NCBI GenBank assembly: GCA_001724265.1
Contig: MEDY01000022.1
Coordinates: forward strand, 1-64,000
Direction of reading: 5' to 3'
Origin: Rhizaria sp. SCN 62-66
Taxonomy: Eukaryota
DNA length: 64,000 nucleotides
The translations under genes and the position numbers were made by a program. Positions within the stretch are counted from its first letter, which is position 1; each line of letters begins with the position of its first letter. Shown piece by piece: positions 50,166-61,100 of the stretch. The notes under the pieces are model-generated. The model did not search any database. It was not told the DNA's origin and worked only from the letters and a program-made list of their open reading frames with translations.

Positions 50166-50629
50166 GTGAGTGGCTGTTTGTCGTGGCTTGTTTGTTCGAT
50201 GAGCGTGCGTTTCGTGTCGCTTGCTGCGTGAGGATTTATAACAAGTAGTTGAGGGTTCTTGGTTTTTATTTTTGAGAGTATGATCGAGATATAGTAATGT
50301 AGTATTGTATTTTAAGGTCGTTGCATACATCACCGACGTTTTATCATTGCATTCCCATTATTTTTTTGATTAGTTCCGGTGTTGGCGAAGTTGAGAGCTG
50401 TCACCGAGGAGCTTCGGAGGTCTTGAGCTGGTCATTTTGTCTTACGTATTCCGAGCTTATTTGATCGTAGAATGAGTGTAATTGGACTTAGCTAGCTTTA
50501 AACTCCTGATTTTATCTTGTCTCTTTTTGGAAACTATTTTGTGACTCATATTTCTCAACTTATCACTAGTTTTCTCCAGGGCTGTTTGAGTCTAGCTTCA
50601 GTGCTGTTCCTGAGCTCTACTCGCCCGTC

Positions 50630-53077
50630 ATGCAACCCCAGGACAGCGACTCTAGCGTCACTGCTCCTGGTGAACCTATAGATCTTCCACCTGGTTTTTC
50701 CTTAAAGCGCCGACGCGGTACAGTCTGCGTCCAGCCTCTGCAAACCGAGCACGACCCCACCAACTTCGTCCTGCAGTCGCTCAACCTCACAGCATCATCC
50801 GACGCAAACACAAACACACTTGAAGCAAACTCGACTGCGCCGAGCTTCGGTCTCTCCGCAGCAGCTACCAGCTCTCCCATCATCAAGCTCTCGCAGATCA
50901 CCACCGATCTCGCCAAGAGCAAGCTGCGCACTGTACTGGCGTCACACGCAACGTTCAAGCTCCTGTCCCCGCGCGTTCTCGACTCGCTGCTCACACAGTT
51001 CACGCTTGCTCTCCACACGAGCCCCGGCAAGACGCTGCTTGCGCCACCGCAGGAAGCGCCGTTTGACACGTTTCTCGTCGTGCTCACTGGCGCTGTCGCA
51101 GTCACTCGCACTGCAACAACATACGCTGATGCAGTGACATCTGGCGCAAATCGCAACACTGCTGTATCTATGGGTGAGGCAGAGACTGAGACGACGACGA
51201 TTGTGCTGACTGCGCCCGCGACTGTGGGCGATGTGGTGCTGGTTCATCCCCAGTTTCCTCCCCCGCTGCTCACAGTCACATCTCACGCCTACAGCAACAA
51301 CTTCAACAACAACACCACCTCCACGAACACGAGATGTCTCGCTGACACTGACAGCGTGGACTCTGCTGCTGCGGCTGCTGCCGCTGCTGTCGATGCTTCA
51401 GTCTTGAATACCACCGCGAGCGACGTGCTGTCGCGCTCTCTGCCTGTCGGCGCAGTCGTCACCGCGGCGCTGGATGGCGGCCGATACCGGTTCGTGGTGG
51501 CTAAGCAGGCCCAGCAGACGCGCGCTGCACTCATGGCTGCGCTCACACCCGTCGCGATTTCACTGCTTGCAAATCGCCCAGATTGCGCGGCCCTGCAACA
51601 GCAACCGCAGCAGCAGGAACAACAGCTTGTGACGCGCATCGCGTCCGCGCTGTCTGACCGTGCGCACTTGTCCTGGCTCTCGGTGTCAAGCTCGAAGACT
51701 CACACCGGTGCCGGCTATGGCTCTGGCGCCGGCGGTGTTCGAGGTGCGCAGATGTTCAGCTGGGACGAATTGGTCGAGGCAGAGTCGCACATAACGGCGC
51801 ACGCGCGCAGGCAACGTCGGAGTACGGGCAATGCGCTGACTAACCACACGATCACGAACGTTAATGCTGTGAAGACCCACCGTAGTGTGCAGCGCAAGCG
51901 CACGAGTATTGCGAACATCAAGCTCCCTCTGTCGGCGTGTGACAACGAATCGAGTGCGACAGAGCACGAGACTGCGCCCAGCGACTACTCGGTGCCCAAC
52001 TCCCGTCAGGACTACCCCAGCTCACGTGCAAACATTGGTGTCACCGCGAGTGCTGTTCAGAGTGTGAAGAAGGCCGGTCTCAGCAAGCTGCCCTTGATTC
52101 GCGAGTCGGCGATGATTGATGCAAGCACTCATGACGCACAACCCGGCGATGCTATGCGGAGTGCAGCGGCGTTGCCTAGTTCTACCACTGTCCGCCCCGC
52201 AGTGACTGAGCTGCACTCTGGCTCCGAGGCCGACTGCTCTGACACGGACGGCGCTTCAGACTACCGTCACACCGACGCAGCGAGCGCGCGGGCCCGCAGT
52301 CGCGGCGGCAAGGACAAGAAGAGCGCCAGCGACAACGGCCGCGATAGTACTAGTGAGAGCGCGAGTGCGAGTGTTAGCGAAGATGAGAGCGAGTTTCAGA
52401 GCGACTGTGAGAACGCGCACTACGGCCTCAGTCCGCTGCTGCTTACGGTCTCGCACGGCAACGTCACCGCAGTGCAGGACACGTACCACGACCGCTGCTG
52501 CCCGTCACAGGCGCACACTCGCGGCAAGCACACTTCTGGCACTGGCCACACGAAGAGTGTCGATTCCATTGCGAAGCAGCGCCACCGTGTGGCACCAGGT
52601 GGTCGTGCCAACGCCAATTACGGCGCGGCGAGTAACGATACCGCAACGTCTGTTGTGCAGATGTCCAACAACGACGACGATGACGACGATGACACTGTGC
52701 ACCTACCGTTTCCCAACGCGCATCAGAGTGCGAGCGCGACTGCATTGCTTTCCACAGCTGCGCCTGCAAGGTTGCGCGAGGTTCCCGTCCCCGCACTGCG
52801 AACTGTGCGCCTTGCCCGCCCCGTCTCGCTGCACGTGCGGTGCGCCCCGTGCTACACCACAGCCGCGCTCGAAACCAACGCCGACGCTGCGGTTGTCTGG
52901 GTCAGTGAGCGCGCCGCTGCCGAGGCCGTCGCCGCCGTTGTGGGTGCTGCCCGCCGTAACGTTAAGGCAAACGGTAGCCCCTGGAACACTGCGGTTGATG
53001 ATGACGAGGCTGGCAGCGCGTGCGTTGCAGCTTACGCCGCGGCTTTAACATGTGTCGATATCAATCACACGAATTAA
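50630..53077 (+). CDS. Divergent cyclic-nucleotide-binding-domain protein resembling a PKA regulatory subunit, 815 aa
   Basis: KRRRGTVC inhibitor-site-like motif, then LRTVLASHATFKLL...FDTFLVVLTGAVAV...TVGDVVLV...ALDGGRYRFVV...R...L, collinear with PKA-R CNB-A; long low-complexity insertions. TAA stop. Confidence 0.6.
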   Translation: MQPQDSDSSVTAPGEPIDLPPGFSLKRRRGTVCVQPLQTEHDPTNFVLQSLNLTASSDANTNTLEANSTAPSFGLSAAATSSPIIKLSQITTDLAKSKLRTVLASHATFKLLSPRVLDSLLTQFTLALHTSPGKTLLAPPQEAPFDTFLVVLTGAVAVTRTATTYADAVTSGANRNTAVSMGEAETETTTIVLTAPATVGDVVLVHPQFPPPLLTVTSHAYSNNFNNNTTSTNTRCLADTDSVDSAAAAAAAAVDASVLNTTASDVLSRSLPVGAVVTAALDGGRYRFVVAKQAQQTRAALMAALTPVAISLLANRPDCAALQQQPQQQEQQLVTRIASALSDRAHLSWLSVSSSKTHTGAGYGSGAGGVRGAQMFSWDELVEAESHITAHARRQRRSTGNALTNHTITNVNAVKTHRSVQRKRTSIANIKLPLSACDNESSATEHETAPSDYSVPNSRQDYPSSRANIGVTASAVQSVKKAGLSKLPLIRESAMIDASTHDAQPGDAMRSAAALPSSTTVRPAVTELHSGSEADCSDTDGASDYRHTDAASARARSRGGKDKKSASDNGRDSTSESASASVSEDESEFQSDCENAHYGLSPLLLTVSHGNVTAVQDTYHDRCCPSQAHTRGKHTSGTGHTKSVDSIAKQRHRVAPGGRANANYGAASNDTATSVVQMSNNDDDDDDDTVHLPFPNAHQSASATALLSTAAPARLREVPVPALRTVRLARPVSLHVRCAPCYTTAALETNADAAVVWVSERAAAEAVAAVVGAARRNVKANGSPWNTAVDDDEAGSACVAAYAAALTCVDINHTN

Positions 53078-53899
53078 TTGGTTTTATTTAGAAATTAGAT
53101 CGGAAACATTTCTTTCACATTGTCATGTAGTCTATCTTGCGCCTTTATCTCCATGTGCGCGACCGATTGTGCACTCCATTTTGTTTCGATCTATTCTTGC
53201 AGGAGTGTTTCTGCTTGATAATCGTTTTATCTATTCATATACTCAGTGGTCTTATACGTATGACGTATCACCTTTCTTTTCATTCTTTTTTTTGAGTGAC
53301 TTGTCTTTTAAAAATGTCGAATCATTAAATCTGCAACAACCGTTTCATGTCTTTCTACATCGTTTAACAATCCCGGACATAATAGTTCGCAGATGTCATC
53401 TCTGCGGAATGCTCGATAACAGGTAGCCACCGCTTTTGAGCTCTTTCTTTTAGCGTGGACTCAGATTTACTTTATACGAGTCACCCGTACATCATATCTT
53501 CATTATTTGATTCACCCTCCGTACTCAAACATGATTTTTCCGTGAACACCATCGTACATCTGTGTATTCCTTCATTCTCTACTTTTATCTGTGCTTTAAA
53601 TCTCAATCAGTTATCTCCTGCTGATGTACTTTTGTTGTTCTCACAAACTGTGCTGCTGTGTTTTGATATCCACTCCCATACATTAAACCTTATGGTGTTT
53701 CATCGTATGACTCTTCACTGAAGTCACATAGTTTTGTTGTGTATTGTTGTTCTACTTCATACCAATACGTTTGACTGCCTTATGGTTGCGATAGCGAGTG
53801 ATTATCTTAGTATCAACGATGCATGATTGATTTTCAACATCCAGGAAGATATACGTACGTGTACGTACATCGAAATTCCGCGAGTTGTGCTGCTTAGAC

Positions 53900-56800
53900 T
53901 TAGAGCAGCATCTCAAGCTCCCACCGCCTGTTAATGTTGTTCTCGTCGTCCTCGATCTTGGGGAAGGCTGCGACCATGGCGTCCTGGCACGCGACGTACA
54001 TCGCGTTGTAGTACCGCCAGTAGACGCTGCGGACTTTGCGCGCAGGGTGGAACAGCCCCGCCGCGAGGTACAACATCATGCGCTGTGGCCCCAGCGCCAG
54101 GCGCAGCCCCTCGACGGCGTCGGACACGGCGTTCATGACGTGCGGCGACGTCTCGAACATGTTGGGCCAGATGAGGTTGAGAAAGTGCTGCATCGCGTCC
54201 TCGCGGCCGAGCCCAGTGACCCCCAGCGCGATGTGCTTAACCACGCTGCACGCCGTCTGCCGGTGCACGATGTCGCGGTCCGTCAGCGCGTCCTCGAGCA
54301 GTGGCGCGACGGCGTACACGTAGTCCTTGCCCAGCTCGCCGACGTACTCGAACAGGAACGACAACGTCTTGAGTACGCCGTTCTGCACGTTGAGGTCGGG
54401 CGCGCGATACTCGTTCATGAGCGCCGGCAGCACCGTGAAGGGTTGGCAAGTCTCGGCAACGATCGCAATCGCCACGCTCGTGCAGACACGGGACGTGCGG
54501 TCCTGCACCTTGAGGTTGTTGAGCAGCGTGACGAGCACCTCGTGCGGGCCGATGGCGCGCGCGATGAAGCCGAACGTGTTGGCGGCGGCGCGGCGGATGG
54601 CCTTGCGGGGCGCACGCAGCATGTCGAGCAGGTCGAAGCAGATGCGCATCCACTCTTTCTGCGAGACGTGGTCCGCGCCGCGGTCCGCGATGCAGCCGAT
54701 GAGGTCAATCAGGCTCTCCTGCACGCGCTCGTGCTTATTCTTGATGATGGGCGTAAGGCGCGGCAGCAGGTCGCCGATGGGCGGCGTCATGACCTCCATG
54801 CCCACCACGCGCACGATGGCGCGCATGGCGCCGATGACCGACGCGAGCACCTCGGGGTACTCCTCGCCCAGCGACTCAAACAGCACGACGCCTAGCGAGC
54901 AGAGCACGGCCTCCTCGCCGCACTGCGCCATCACGGGCGCGACGCGCGCGAGCAGGTCCGCCGCCTGCTGCCGCATCTTGGCGTAACGGTTGTTGAGCAG
55001 GAACTTAACCATCCCGCACACGGGCGGCACGTAGTTCTTGGCGCGCTGCCCGAAGGTCGCGAACACCGCGCTGAAGGCGACCAGAATGGCGTTGCCGCCG
55101 GCGCTGTTGTCCACCTCGTCCGCGGTCGCCGAGGTGATCTGGAGCTGGAACGCGTGGATCATGCCATCGAAAACGCGCTCCTCGAGCCGCTTGTCCACGT
55201 CCGCGACGCCCAGCTGCGTGACGATGCCCTCGATGGCGTCGGCGACCATACGGCGGTACTGCGGCGCCTCGTCCTTGAGGTCGTCGACGAGCCGCTCGAC
55301 CAGCGCGGCGCCGCCGACCTTGATCGCGAGGTCGATCGTGGCCACCACCACGGCCTTGCGGTTGCGCACGTCCAGCGCTGTCCGGCGGTTCCAGAAGGCC
55401 GCGAAGAAGGGCGGCACGACCTCGGTGCGGACGTAATCCGCGTCGATGCCCTCGGCGGCGACGAGCTGCTTGACCACCACGAGCACGATGCGCTTCATCT
55501 CGGTGTCGCTCGAGGCGAACTCGCGGACGACGATCTCCATCGCGTTCTTGGCGTAGTGCGCGGCGTGCTCAGGCGACATGAGTGGGACGATGAAGCCGAC
55601 GGCCTTGAGGAAGGCGGCGAGCGTCTTGCCCTTGTTGATGCGGACGCCCTGCCAGAGCGAGTGCAGCACTTCGTCGAAGGCGTCGATGCCATAGGGGTAC
55701 GCGCCCTCGGCCAGTGACGCGAGCGCGAGCGCCGTGATGCACCGCACCTTGGTGCTCTCGTCCGTGAGCCCGTGCTTGATGGTGTCGATCAGCGAGGGCA
55801 GGTGGGGCAGCACGGAACAGCCAATCAAAACAGCGATCTGCTGCACGATCTTAATGCCTGTGTGGCGAGCCTCCCAGCTCTTGGTGTACTTGGTCACGGC
55901 CTTGAGGAAGGGAACGGTCGACGCGATGCCCAGCGTCGAGGCGACGACAGCGAAGGCGCGCGCGGTGGCGTTGCGTGTGTACTCGTCGGGGCTGTCGATA
56001 TCTGCGCGCATCGTGCTGATCATCGTGGCCAGCCCGGCCGCCTTGGACAGGTTGGCGATCAGCTCGCGGGCCTCGGCGCGCGCGTAGTGGTCCTCGTCCA
56101 GGAGCATCGGCTGGATCACCACGAGCAGCTTGTGCACATACGGCCGCACGCGGTCGTCGAGCCGGTACAGAACGCGGTCGATCACCTTGACGAGGCGGTG
56201 GCGCTCGATCGCGTCCAGCTCGTCCGACATGAACAGCGGCAGGATGACCGAAAACAGCGCCGAGGGGCCGTACACGGGCGCGCGGTCTGTGATGGCGCGC
56301 AGCGCCGACTTGCGCTGCGGGGGCGCGCCGTTCTTGATCTTGAGCAGCAGCAACAGGATCTGGCGCTCATGTTGCTCGGCGGTCGACAGCGAGTCGTCGT
56401 CGACGGACTCGAGGAGCTTGCCGAAGTGCTTCACGTCATCCTTTTTGGTGAAGGCGATGTTGTCCAGCTCGGGCGGCAGCTCCACGCCGTACTCCTTGGC
56501 CGTCTCAGCGAACGTCGCGGCCGTGGGGCTGGTGGACCGCGCGAGCGCGCCGCCCAGCACGGCCTTGCTGGCCCCGTCCTCCTCCTCCTCCTCGTCGTCG
56601 TTGTCGCTGGCGCCCAGCGCGTCGTGCTGCGCGGCCAGCAACGCGTCGGCCTCGGCGGACCGCGCGGGCGCGTAGCCAGCGGGCGGGGCGACGACGACGA
56701 AGCCCTCGGCCTCACCGGGCAACAGCGCGTCCAGCTCCGCGTCGCTCAACGGACGCGTGTGCTGCTCAGACAGGCGCTGGCTGCGCGCCTCAATCGCGCC

Positions 56801-57654
56801 GATCGTCGCGGCGGCGGCGGACGCGGCGGCCGTGGCGGCAGGGGCAGTGGCGGGGGCGGTGTCCCAGCGGGAGACGCGCGCGGGCGCGGCGGGCGCGGTG
56901 GCCGCGGCACTGCCAGAGGCTGACTGGGCGACAGAGGGCCCGGCGACACTGCCAGAGGCGTTGATGAGAGTGGACGCGGGCTTGGCGGGCCAGTCGTCGT
57001 CGTTCATCGCCATTCCGCCCTCCTCCTTCTTCACTGCGCCGTCGGCCGCTGTCATGATGGGGAGGGGCGCGGGTGGCACCGCGGGCCCGTCGTCCCAGCG
57101 GCGGCGCTTGGCGCGCGCGGGCGCCGCTGAGGGCGCGGAGTCGCTCGGCGCGGTCGCGGGCACGGCGACTGTGGCCGCGGCGGAGCTGGCGAGCTCGCGG
57201 GCCAGCGAGTCAGCCTCCTGCTTCTGCTGGATCTGGCGCAGGACGACCTGGCGCTCCCGCTCCAGCCGCTGCTCCTCCAGCGCGTCCTTGAACGAGCGCA
57301 GCTCCCCCGCGCCCGCGGCGGCGGCGGCGGAGTTGGCCGAGGGCGCGGCAAAGGGGTCAGCGCGCTCGGGGGATAGCGCGCGGTTGTGGCGGCGCTTCTG
57401 GTAGTCGGATTCCTTGTCGGCGAGAGTTGCGCGGCGGCGGTCCGCCAGCGGGTCCGAGTGCAGCGCGCCCTCCTTGGACGCGGTGTCCAGGGCCGCGCGA
57501 ATGATATCTACGCAACGGGGAATGTGACAAATGGAGATGTGATGATGATGTTGCAGTGAGATGTGATAGCGTGGTTGTGTGGAGGTAATGAACGGTCGGG
57601 AGCGACAGTGATTGAATTTGGAAGTGGGGACGGACCTTCTTGAGACTGCGACAT
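53900..57654 (-). CDS. SF3B1: Splicing factor 3B subunit 1. Exons 57654-57636 and 57507-53900, ~1208 aa
   Basis: ADKESDYQKRR...SPERADPF, RRRWD ULM, RPLSDAELDALLP, LLLKIKNGAPPQRKSALR, HEAT repeats with DEYTRNATARAF, WEARHTGIKIVQQI, LGEEYPEVL, C-terminal GLFHPARKVR...WELEMLL. A 19-nt first exon (MSQSQE-D) is inferred from phase. TAA stop. Confidence 0.96.
57508..57635 (-). other. Spliceosomal intron (128 nt)
   Basis: GAAG|GTCCGT...GCGTAG|AT; phase 1 links ATG 57654 to the SF3B1 frame. Confidence 0.75.
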
Positions 57655-58122
57655 TTTACGCTCGCACAAGCGTATATACGCACGTTGACTTCCTTGCTCC
57701 GGTAGTTAGAGTTGCGTGGGTGTGTTTCTTAGGGAGCTGTTGGACTATGGAGTCGAATAAAGGTGAGGCTGCGGTTTGCTGTGAGCACGGGTCAGGAGCA
57801 TGACGAGTACATCATATGGATAGTCGTCAATACAAATTTCACTTTAGTTACAGATAAGTTGCAATGTGAACATGCAACTCAAAGAATGATGATGCTAATT
57901 GACGTGGTGAGCGATTGAGATTTCATATTCATTTCGAACCGCGGTTGGACGCTGACCGTGGGTCGTGTTGGAGCTGGCTGATTGCGACCCGTTAGCGCCT
58001 CTTGCCACGTAAACAAACGAGAATTTACGTTCCAAGTAGTAATGTATTGATTCTAGTCTAAAATTGAATTATGTCACATAAACATGGTATTTATATATCT
58101 AAACAAGCTTATTATTATGAAA

Positions 58123-61100
58123 TCACTTGCGGATGTTGGACCAGAGCGAATTCTGAGGCGCGCTCTTGATGAGTTGATCCGACGGGCGCGGCGTCTTAGC
58201 TGCCGTTGCATCCGCCTTAGCAGCGCCAGCTGCGTTCGCAGGACGCTTCTTAGCCTTGTTCAGCAGCGCCACTGATGACTGAATGGCGTTGTCGGCCTGC
58301 GCAAGAAGAGCAAGGTGCTCCTAAGAGAGACCGGCGCCGACAGCAGTGTGTTGTTGATGCTGTTGTGGTTGTTGTTGTGCGGTAACATGAGCATTGCCAG
58401 TCGCGAGAGAGCTCGAGTTCAGGTGAGGCTGAGCGGCGGCGTGCATCGAGTGCGCCGCGGGGTCGTATAAGTACGAGTGCGAGTGCTCAGCGTCGTCGTA
58501 CACGCTGTTGAAACCGCCGTTGCTGCTATCGATCGCAGTGTGGCTCTGAGCGGCGAGGGCGGCAGCTTCCTCATGCTCCCACTGCTCCTGCTGGGTGTTG
58601 TATTGACGACCATCGGCAGCGTAGTACTGGCCGTGGCCGTGCTCGTCGCTACCGTAGTCGTCGTCGTTGTAGTCACCAGAGACGTCGTTGATGTTGTCGA
58701 CACCAGCGTGAGCTGACTCAGCGAAACGAACACGAAACGCGCTCGCGTCCGCAATGTTGCCACTGGTCGCAGTCATGCCAGGAGGATAGTATTCCTCGTT
58801 TTCGTCCTCGCCATTGTAGTTGTCAGCATCAACACCATCGTACTGATCATAGTCATCGCCGTTTTTGTTGTAGTCGTTGACGCGGACAGGGCTGTGGCGC
58901 TGCGTCGCGATTGCGCGCTGCAGGATCATCGCATCAGCCATTGCCTCAGCCTCCGCGTCCGCCGCGTCAGCAGCCTCCGCGTTTGCGGCGACAGCGGCGA
59001 TCGCGGCCTGCTCGTAGTCGTACTCGTCTTCGTCCTCCACAGTGGCGTCGCCAGCATCGCCAGCGTGACCCTGCTCTTGCTCGTCGTGGCCATACGGGTC
59101 ATGGTTGTAGTCGTTGCCATATGCATCAGGTGCAGCGTGCCCATTGACGTTGTTGCGGTTGATGTTGTAGTCGTAGTGGTGGATGCTGTCACGCTCGTCG
59201 CCGCCGTCGTCATTGTCACCTTCAACGCCGTCATCGTGGTTGTTGGTGTTAAAAACGACATCGCTATCGACATTGGCGGCGTCAGAGTAAGGGTCGTAGC
59301 TGAAACCATCTTCGACAGCAGCAGTGGGCACAGTCAGAAGGTCATGCTGACGTTGCCGCTGAACCTGATGTTGCTGGTAAGAAAAAGAAGCTTCCTGAGC
59401 AGAAAGTACACCATTTTTGTTGTCGTTATGAGCGACACCGCTGTGGCTCGAGTCGGCAACGCCTTCAACAGCTCTAACAACGCCGCCGTGCTGCATGCTC
59501 GCGTTCGCGCTGTGGTTGCCCGATGCGCTCGAGCTGAACACACTCGCGTTCGCGTTATCAACAGCAGTGACCTGACTATTGTTGGCACTAGCGCCGTTGG
59601 AGTGAATGCCATCGTCAGTGATGGCGCCATGAGAAAGGTTATTGGCTCTCACTTTCCAGTACCCCAGTCCACTCCGTTCAGCGTCACCGACCGAGTCATC
59701 CGAGTCGTTCGTTCCATGCACCGCTGCGGCGTGCGACACAACAGGAACGGCGTTCGCGGCGTCAGTGTGACGATCGCTTGCCTAAGGCCTGCGGGACACG
59801 TTGGTGTTGTTCTCAGCCGTCGCGTTGGCGTCATCATCGAACCCGAGTTGCCGGCGCAAGTTCGCGATCGCGCTTGTGTGACCCCGCGCGTTGACCGGAG
59901 ACCAGCCTGCATAGCCCGTCGCGCTGTTGCCGTTCGCGCTCAAGCTCGTGGTCGCGCTCGTGGTCGAAGTGGCGACCTGTACGCGCACGAGCTCACGTCC
60001 CGCGACGCCCGCCCTGACCGCGTCGGGATGCAGTGGCGCGCGGTCGGCGACGCCGGCCAGCACAGCGACGGGGTCGACGGTGATGCCCACGTCGGGCACC
60101 GCGCGCTCCGCGTAGAAGGTGCGGCCAGCGTTCGCCTTGTGCTGCGGCGACGCGAGGTACGTCTTGGTGAACTCGCGCTGGCTTGACGGAAGCACGGCGT
60201 GCGCGTTGGCCCCACCTGAGGCCGCGGCGGAGGCGGCAACGGCGAGAGGAACGCCCGTGGCGGCGGCGATGTCGGCGACCTTGCGCTTCTGCTGCAGCGA
60301 AGTTGATCCCGTGTAGAACGGAGGCTTGCTGCCGCTGCCGCTGGCATTAGCAGATGCGCGAGCGTGGGGCGAGCGCGAGCGGGAGTTCGACTGCGTCGAC
60401 TGCGACTGCGAGCGGGAGCGGGTCTGCGACCGCGAGCGCGACTGCGAGCGCGAGCGCGAGGTGCGCACGCGGGAGCTTTTGACCAGATCATACACCGCGT
60501 CACCAGCGTTGCTACTCGCAGCAGCGGCGGCCGCGTTGGCGGCGGCGACGTCAGCCTCGTAGGAGCGGCCCAGAGCGACGGGCGTGTGCTCACGCTGCGT
60601 CGGCGGGCGGTACACTGCGCCAGTAGGTGACACGACGAGGTTGCCCACGCGGGACGACGACGACGACGGGGACATCGCGCTACCCGCAGCAGCGGCAGCG
60701 GTGGCGGCAGAGCGGGGGGAAACGACGTCAACGGTGAGCTTGTCGTTCATTGCAATGCGGACGCTGCTGGGGCTACCGCCTGCAGCGGCATTGCTGCCGT
60801 ATGACGCCGCGGGGATGCGAGGCAGGTAGTGACTGCTGCTACTACCACTAGAGATGTTGTTCTCGTCGGCACCGGGGACGTACTCCGCGTAGTCAGCCTG
60901 CGCCCACTGGCCGTGCGCGGCGGCGGGGCCAGGCACGGTCGCGACGGGCTGGTTGCGCTTGAGCTGGTTCTGGGCGATGTACACGTCGACGACGTCCTCG
61001 CGCTCGCCGTCGTTGGCAGCAGAAGCGGCGGTGGATGTGTTAAGACTGTTGTTCATCAGCATACTCGCATCACGCGCGTTGCCGGAGACGAGGTGGATGC

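Noticed and set aside
48807-50333. 508-aa antisense ORF over BOP1, and many similar long antisense or alternate-frame ORFs (e.g. 33673-35730, 34476-36482, 39975-41927, 55772-56923)
   Set aside because: Shadow ORFs expected from very high GC3 on the real coding strand; the translations are Arg/Ala/Gly-rich with no recognisable motifs.
53848-53871. Imperfect inverted repeat around TACGTAC-GT-GTACGTA downstream of SF3B1
   Set aside because: Short and low-complexity; no supportable function, and prokaryotic-type terminators are not expected here.
58321-59784. Pseudogene or pyrrolysine/selenocysteine interpretation of the internal stops
   Set aside because: No frameshifts or internal TAA/TGA accompany the TAGs, as decay would produce. 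Selenocysteine uses TGA, and pyrrolysine is not known from eukaryotic nuclei.
60367-60470. RS/SQ dipeptide run suggesting an SR splicing factor
   Set aside because: A short tract within a disordered region of a coiled-coil protein with no RRM; insufficient for a call.
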